DNA of 64,000 bases. Source: a bacterium. Lineage in GTDB: Bacteria; Electryoneota; Electryoneia; Electryoneales; Electryoneaceae. Below the pieces are notes generated by a model that was not told the DNA's origin, did no database searches, and worked only from the letters and a program-made list of their open reading frames with translations. The DNA lies in the NCBI GenBank assembly GCA_043801585.1, contig JAZDLX010000200.1:1-64000 (forward strand), in the 5' to 3' direction. Below, piece after piece: positions 58,223-64,000 of this stretch. Every line of letters starts with the position of its first letter. Position 1 is the first letter of the stretch. The position numbers were made by a program, and so were the translations under genes.

Positions 58223-59644
58223 ATGATGAGGATTCCTGCAAAGCGAAAATCACTGCCCATGATCGCGATCCTGTTCATGGGTACGTTCATCGCCGCACCA
58301 CCGTTGATCGCCCAGGTTCCATCCGTCCAGGACACTCTCGTTCTCGATTGGAACGGCGCCTGGAAGATGGCGCTCGAACTCAACGAATCGCTTGCGATCG
58401 TCCGCAACAACGAAACGGCCGCCAGCCAGAAGGTGCGTGAAGCCTACTCGGCGGCGATGCCGACTGTGGCTTTCAACGGAACCTTCAATCACTATTTTCA
58501 AGTCCCCTCGACGATCCTGAATCTGCCTGCTGCGTTCAGTTCCACCGGCCAGCCGGTACGGCTTAAAGCTCAGTTCGGCAGTGAAAATAACGTCGCGGCG
58601 AACATCCAGCTCACCCAACCGCTATGGCTCGCGGGCAAGGTTGGATTCGGACTGAAGGCGGCGAAAGCCTACAGGGAACTGAACACTTACCAGGTGAAAC
58701 TGGCACGCGATGATCTCCGCGTTCAACTGATGCAGACCTACTATGGCGCGATTCTGGCGAACCGTGGACTGGCTGTCGCCCGGGAAAGTCTGAAACAGGC
58801 GACGGATCATTCCGCTCAGGTTCAGCAGATGTACGACCAGGGAGTGGCGAGCGAATACGACCTGATCCGCGCCAAGGTTGCTGTCAGCAACCTGAAACCG
58901 AACGTAAGCCAGGCGGAAGCCAACCGTGATCTGGTCCGCAAGGCGCTGAAGAACCTGCTGGGCCTGGATGTCGATCGTCCGATCAGGCTCACCGACAATC
59001 TCGAGGAGGCGATCGCACCGCCAACACTCGACTACGAGGACGCTTCTGCGACAGCCTTGAACCAGCGTGTCGAATTGCGGCAACTGGACCTTCAGCAGCG
59101 CCTCTACGAAATCGAATACAAAGTGAACAAACGGAACGTTCTGTGGCCGAATCTGCTCGCTGGGCTTCGCTGGGAAACGTCAGCCCAAGCGTCGAACCTG
59201 AAGCTTGGGAAATACGAATTTCTCGGAGGATACGGCGGCCAGGTCATCCTGCAGATCCCGCTTTTCGACGGTTTCTCCAGCCACTGGAAAGCGCAGCAAT
59301 CGAAAGTGAACATACGAAATACACGTTTGCAGCGAACCCAGCTCGAGCGTGGCATCCGTCTGCAAGTTTTTGAAGCGTTAAGAACATACCAGAGTTCCGC
59401 GGAAGAGCTGAGCGCCGCGAAAGAGAGCCTGATCCAGGCGGAAAAAGGATATGCCATTGCGGAAACACGCTACCGGAGTGGAGTGGGTACCCAACTCGAG
59501 GCGCTCGACGCGCAATTGCAGTTGAACGTCAGCCGGGTCAATCTCCTGCAGGCTCAGTACAACCTGCTGATCGCCCGTGCGAATTTCGACCGTGCAAGCG
59601 GATCAACGTTTGTGGACAACGACAGTGACAGGGAATTGCGATGA
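58223..59644 (+). CDS. TolC-family outer membrane efflux protein
   Basis: Signal peptide; 'QPLWLAG', 'IPLFDG', 'RYRSGVGTQLEALDAQ'. Confidence 0.93.
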   Translation: MMRIPAKRKSLPMIAILFMGTFIAAPPLIAQVPSVQDTLVLDWNGAWKMALELNESLAIVRNNETAASQKVREAYSAAMPTVAFNGTFNHYFQVPSTILNLPAAFSSTGQPVRLKAQFGSENNVAANIQLTQPLWLAGKVGFGLKAAKAYRELNTYQVKLARDDLRVQLMQTYYGAILANRGLAVARESLKQATDHSAQVQQMYDQGVASEYDLIRAKVAVSNLKPNVSQAEANRDLVRKALKNLLGLDVDRPIRLTDNLEEAIAPPTLDYEDASATALNQRVELRQLDLQQRLYEIEYKVNKRNVLWPNLLAGLRWETSAQASNLKLGKYEFLGGYGGQVILQIPLFDGFSSHWKAQQSKVNIRNTRLQRTQLERGIRLQVFEALRTYQSSAEELSAAKESLIQAEKGYAIAETRYRSGVGTQLEALDAQLQLNVSRVNLLQAQYNLLIARANFDRASGSTFVDNDSDRELR

Positions 59645-60702
59645 AGAAGATTATCGGCATTGTCATCGGAGTGGTGATCGTCCTCTTTCTGGTTCTTGGG
59701 ATCGCCCGCACCCGCCAGAAGGAAGAAGTGAAAAGCATTGCCAAGATTCAGCAGGCTGAAGGGATTCCTGTGTTCGCGATGACCGTGGAACCCGGAAATG
59801 TCAAGAAAGTGCAGACCTACTACGGCACCGTTCGCTCCAAGGACCAGGCGCTGGTTGCCTCAAAACTGATGGAACGCATCGAGAAGATTTATGTGCATGA
59901 GGGGGATCGTGTTCAAAAGGGCGACAAGCTCGTCCGTTTTGACGCTTCCCACAGCGCCGCCATGGTCGCACAGGCGAAGCTTCAATACCAGAATGCGATG
60001 CGCGACTACCAGCGGATGAAGAAACTGCTCGAGGACGGCGCGATCAGCCAGCAGACCTTCGACCAGGTGAATCTCGGCTACGAGGTCGCAAAAGAGAATT
60101 ATGAAACGGCCCAGAGCAGCGTGGAGGTGACCGCTCCGTTGAGCGGCATCGTCGCCCGTGTCAACTTCGCGGAAGGCGCGTTGGCGAACCCCGGCGACAT
60201 CCTCGTTCAGATTGTCAATGACAACGCCTACGAGGTGCAGTTCGACGCCACGCAGGAGGACCGGGTGATGCTGAAACCGGGCCTGCAAGCCATTGTCCGT
60301 ACCAAAGAAGGCAAGGGAATCATGGGACACCTGGCGAAGGTATCCTTTGCCACCGCGGAAGAGACACGGCTTTTCACCGCGTACGTGGACATCCCAGGAT
60401 CCGGGGATGTGTACCCCGGTGTTCTGGCAGCGGTGGATGTCGTGATCAGCGAACGAAAGGATGTGATCGCCGTCCCGATCGAGGCTCTACTTAGCAGAGG
60501 CAAGGGTCCCGAGCTGATTGTCATCGTGAACGGCATTGCGAATGTCCGCCCGGTGAAACTCGGCCTCGCGGGTAGCGCGAACGTGGAGATCCTTGATGGA
60601 TTGAAGGCTGGGGAGACGATTGCGACCTACGGCCACGCATCCGTGGAACAGGGTCAGAAGGTCAGGATCATCCAGGAAGAGAAGACGGCAAACAACGGCT
60701 GA
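59641..60702 (+). CDS. RND periplasmic adaptor (membrane fusion protein)
   Basis: N-terminal anchor; 'VHEGDRVQKGD', 'GAISQQ', 'APLSG', 'GLKAGE'. Confidence 0.93.
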   Translation: MKKIIGIVIGVVIVLFLVLGIARTRQKEEVKSIAKIQQAEGIPVFAMTVEPGNVKKVQTYYGTVRSKDQALVASKLMERIEKIYVHEGDRVQKGDKLVRFDASHSAAMVAQAKLQYQNAMRDYQRMKKLLEDGAISQQTFDQVNLGYEVAKENYETAQSSVEVTAPLSGIVARVNFAEGALANPGDILVQIVNDNAYEVQFDATQEDRVMLKPGLQAIVRTKEGKGIMGHLAKVSFATAEETRLFTAYVDIPGSGDVYPGVLAAVDVVISERKDVIAVPIEALLSRGKGPELIVIVNGIANVRPVKLGLAGSANVEILDGLKAGETIATYGHASVEQGQKVRIIQEEKTANNG

Positions 60703-60729
60703 CAGCCGATGTGACGAGGACAACAAACG

Positions 60730-63700
60730 ATGTTCCTATCCGATATATCGATCAAACGGCCCGTGCTGATGACGATGGTGGTTTTCGTTTTCGTCGTCGT
60801 CGGCCTCTTCTGCGTGGCCCAGATTGGGATCGACCTGTTCCCACGGATTGATTTTCCCTTCATCTCCATAGTAACTGTCTATCCGGGAGCGGGCCCAGAG
60901 GAAATCGAGACCCTGATCAACAAACCGCTAGAAGAAGAGGTCTCCTCGATCAGCGGCGTCAAAAACACTAATTCGATCGCTCAGGAGGGTGTGTCGGTTG
61001 TCCTTATCGAGTTGCAGCTCGGTGAGGATGTGAACATCGCTGCAATCGACGTCAAGGACAAGATCAGCGCGATCAGGATGAATCTGCCGACCGACATTCA
61101 GGAACCGGTCGTCCAGAAATTTGAAATGGGCGCCATGGCGATCATCAGCCTGACTGTCTCCGGTGACCGTCCTATCGAGGATCTCTACCAGTTGGTGGAC
61201 AAGACGATCAAACCGGAGATGCTCCGCATCAGCGGTTTGGCGAACGTCGAGATCGTTGGCGCCAAGGAACGCGAGATCCAGGTGATCCTGTCGACTCAGT
61301 TGATGAAGGCGTACGGCCTGAGTCCACTGCAGGTTGTGGGCGCCCTCGCCGCTGAAAACCTGACACTGCCGGCTGGTCGTATCGAACGGGGGAGAAGTGA
61401 GTACACGCTCCGTCTCGCTGGCGAGTTCGCGGACGTCGATGCGATTCGAGCGACACGGATCTCGACGCCATCCGGCCCGATCCGCCTTGACAGGATTGCG
61501 GAGGTGAAAGACGATTTTGCCGAGATGCGTGAACTCGCCAGGTTCAATTCCAAGCCGTCCATCGGCATGGACCTTGTGAAACAGACCGATGCAAACACCG
61601 TCCAGGTGGCAAATGGCGTTTATCGCGCTCTTGACAAAATCCGCCCGCTGCTGCCGCCCGGGGTATCAGTGGATATCGCTTCGGACCGCAGCCAGTTTAT
61701 TCGGAATTCCGTGTCGGACGTACTCGGCAACCTGCTGCTGGGCATTCTCTTTACGGCGATCGTGCTGTTCCTGTTCCTGCACAACTGGCGCAGCACCCTG
61801 ATCGCCGCAGTGGCGATGCCGATCTCCATCATCTCGACGTTCACCCTGCTCGTCGCGGCGGACTTCACCTTGAACATGATGTCTTTGATGGGATTGGCGA
61901 TTTCGGTGGGCATTCTCGTTGTCAACGCCATCGTCGTTCTCGAGAACATCGAACGGCTCGAAAAAGAGGGAATGAGCCAAAAGGAAGCCGCCGCGAAAGG
62001 CACGACGGAAATTGCCGTGGCGGTTGCCGCGGCGACCTTGACGAACATCGTGGTGTTCACCCCGATGGCCTTCATGCAGGGAATGATCGGTCCGATCTTC
62101 CGCCAGTTCGGGTTGACCGTGGCCTTCGCCACCATCTTCAGCCTGCTGATCAGCTATACCCTGACACCGATGATGGCCAGCCGCCCGCTTCGAAAGGGCA
62201 TGTACATCGTGGTTGGCGGTGTGATGATCGTCGCCGTCTGGGCGTTCCTCAGCCTTACCACAACGATCATCACCACCGTCGTTGTTCTGTTCACGCTCAT
62301 GGCTCAGCGGCTTGGGTGGGCTGACCGGTTCGCCGCCTGGTGGGACAAGTGGTATGGCGAACTGGAGCATGACTACCGAATCGGTCTGCGCTGGACGTTG
62401 GACCACCGGAAAATCGTGTTTGCCGCCATAACGGCGCTGTTCCTCTTTGGACTGGTGCTCTTCGGTTTCATCGGAAGCGAATTTTTCCCTTCCTACGATG
62501 AACGTTATTTCTCCGCATCTGTGGAGATGCCGGCTGGATCGCGCATCGAAGAGACGAATCGCGTGCTCTACCACATCGAAGAAGTGGTGGCGAAGTACCC
62601 CGAAGTGAACACCATCTACACGTCTCTCGGGTTGAGCAGCTCCGGCGGTCTGGGGGGCGCCCAGGGTGTCCAATATGGCACGGTACTGGTCGCCTTGAAG
62701 CCCGTGGAAGAAGGAAACTACCCACCGACAAGCGAGGTGGTGAAGGATCTACGCACGAAACTCGCTGACATCCCGGCTGCCCAGATCGTTGTGGCTGAGG
62801 CGACCCAGTTCGGTGGTCGCGGCGGTGCAGACCTTCAGATCGAGTTGCAGGGCGAGAATATGAACGAACTCGCCGCCGCTTCGGACAGCGCGATTGAGAT
62901 CATTCGTGGAACGGGCAACGCCGTCGATGTTCGCAGCGACTGGGTTGTCGGCAAACCGGAAGTTGTCGTCAAACCGGACCGCATCCGGATGTCCGACCGT
63001 GGCATCAACGTGCAGAGTGTGGCCATGACCCTTCGCACCCTCTTCGAGGGTACCATAGCCACTCACTACCGCGAGGAAGGTGACGAGTACGACGTCCGTG
63101 TTCAACTACAGGAGGAAGACCGCAACCGGATCGACCGGGTGGGAGACCTGCTGATTGCGACATCGACCGGATTCGTGCCATTGAAGGACATCGCCGACAT
63201 CGAATACGGTACGGGACCGACGCAGGTGACACGCAAGAACAAACGGAGAATGGTCACGATTTCCGCGAACGTAGTCAACGTGACCATTGGCGAAGTACAG
63301 CAGGAGATTGCCCGAGCGCTCGAACTCCCGCAGACACCGCCATCTCAGATCATGAAGGACATCTTTACCGGCAAGAGCAGCGCGGCGCCGAAACCCAGTC
63401 CCCGCCTGCCAAAAGGTGTGACAGTGTTTTTCGGTGGGCAGTCGGAGAGGATGTCGGAGTCGTTCTCGAGTCTGCTGCAGGCGCTGGTTCTCGCCATTAT
63501 CCTGACCTATATGCTGCTTGCGGCAATCCTCGAGAGCTACCGGTTCCCGTTGATCATCATGATGACGCTGCCGCTCGCACTGATCGGAGTCTCGATGAGC
63601 CTGGTGATTACGGGAAAATCCATCTCGATCATCGCAATGATGTCGATCATCATGCTCGTTGGAATTGTCGTGAACAACGGCATCCTGCTGATCGACTACA

Positions 63701-63990
63701 CACAGTTGCTGCGGAGTAAGGGCAAGGGATTGAAAGACGCAATCCTGACCGCCTGTCCAATACGCCTGCGGCCGATCATCATGTCCACCCTGGCCACCTC
63801 GCTCGGAATGCTACCGCTGGCGCTCGGTCTCGGCGCCGGTGGCGAAATTCGAGCCCCGATGGCGATTGTCGCTATCGGAGGCCTGGTTGTGTCGACGGCG
63901 TTGACGCTCTTCCTGATTCCCGTCATGCTCGCCGCCATGGAAGCGAAGGGAGAGGAGAAACGGCTGCAACGCGGTGAAATCACGTTGTAA
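60730..63990 (+). CDS. AcrB-family RND permease
   Basis: 'SIKRPV', 'YPGAGPEEIE', 'NAIVVLENI', 'LTPMM', 'RLRPIIM'; 1086 aa. Confidence 0.96.
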   Translation: MFLSDISIKRPVLMTMVVFVFVVVGLFCVAQIGIDLFPRIDFPFISIVTVYPGAGPEEIETLINKPLEEEVSSISGVKNTNSIAQEGVSVVLIELQLGEDVNIAAIDVKDKISAIRMNLPTDIQEPVVQKFEMGAMAIISLTVSGDRPIEDLYQLVDKTIKPEMLRISGLANVEIVGAKEREIQVILSTQLMKAYGLSPLQVVGALAAENLTLPAGRIERGRSEYTLRLAGEFADVDAIRATRISTPSGPIRLDRIAEVKDDFAEMRELARFNSKPSIGMDLVKQTDANTVQVANGVYRALDKIRPLLPPGVSVDIASDRSQFIRNSVSDVLGNLLLGILFTAIVLFLFLHNWRSTLIAAVAMPISIISTFTLLVAADFTLNMMSLMGLAISVGILVVNAIVVLENIERLEKEGMSQKEAAAKGTTEIAVAVAAATLTNIVVFTPMAFMQGMIGPIFRQFGLTVAFATIFSLLISYTLTPMMASRPLRKGMYIVVGGVMIVAVWAFLSLTTTIITTVVVLFTLMAQRLGWADRFAAWWDKWYGELEHDYRIGLRWTLDHRKIVFAAITALFLFGLVLFGFIGSEFFPSYDERYFSASVEMPAGSRIEETNRVLYHIEEVVAKYPEVNTIYTSLGLSSSGGLGGAQGVQYGTVLVALKPVEEGNYPPTSEVVKDLRTKLADIPAAQIVVAEATQFGGRGGADLQIELQGENMNELAAASDSAIEIIRGTGNAVDVRSDWVVGKPEVVVKPDRIRMSDRGINVQSVAMTLRTLFEGTIATHYREEGDEYDVRVQLQEEDRNRIDRVGDLLIATSTGFVPLKDIADIEYGTGPTQVTRKNKRRMVTISANVVNVTIGEVQQEIARALELPQTPPSQIMKDIFTGKSSAAPKPSPRLPKGVTVFFGGQSERMSESFSSLLQALVLAIILTYMLLAAILESYRFPLIIMMTLPLALIGVSMSLVITGKSISIIAMMSIIMLVGIVVNNGILLIDYTQLLRSKGKGLKDAILTACPIRLRPIIMSTLATSLGMLPLALGLGAGGEIRAPMAIVAIGGLVVSTALTLFLIPVMLAAMEAKGEEKRLQRGEITL

Positions 63991-64000
63991 CAACAGTTAC

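Noticed and set aside
32060..62673. Long antisense ORFs (e.g. 32060-33037, 37718-38857, 39988-40980, 43535-44539, 61666-62673)
   Set aside because: Shadow frames of well-supported GC-rich genes, with no recognisable motifs.
57359..64000. Genomic island integrated at tRNA-Leu
   Set aside because: No integrase, no duplicated tRNA 3' end seen and no compositional shift.

Overview
A largely housekeeping, mostly GC-rich chromosomal segment of a flagellated diderm bacterium. The pheT-zapB-zapA-6S-rny order and a DUF2582-type gene suggest an FCB-associated lineage (inference). In order: end of a flagellar cluster (fliD, fliS, sigma28-type promoter and flgM-like gene), a DnaJ paralogue, trkH/trkA/serS, a small Wzy-type polysaccharide locus with an AT-rich core, an NhaC antiporter, a membrane-anchored GH2-like protein, guaB, rpsT, a cobB-TPR/TonB_C-pyrK-pyrD-rlpA-cdsA run, MEMO/YyaL/DUF4390/NtrY-like kinase, argF, pheST-zapB-zapA-6S RNA-rny, hutH, an amidohydrolase, pckA, biotin carboxylase/BCCP, a partly decayed chemotaxis cluster, creatininase, an acidic-linker protein with an HDOD protein, tRNA-Leu(CAG) and a TetR-TolC-MFP-RND efflux operon. 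No CRISPR array, integrase, transposase or phage gene was recognised. I cannot point to one clearly new multi-gene system. The best leads are unusual architectures: a TPR lipoprotein fused to a TonB C-terminal domain, an apparently inactive GH2 fused to a multi-TM domain, a FlgM with a duplicated C-terminal module, an RRE/PqqD-like-MEMO fusion beside a Cys-less YyaL, an RND pump lacking its TM4 aspartates, a near-consensus promoter inside pheT, and a reconstructable cheB/HDOD deletion scar. All family calls come from motif recognition by eye; no database searches were run.
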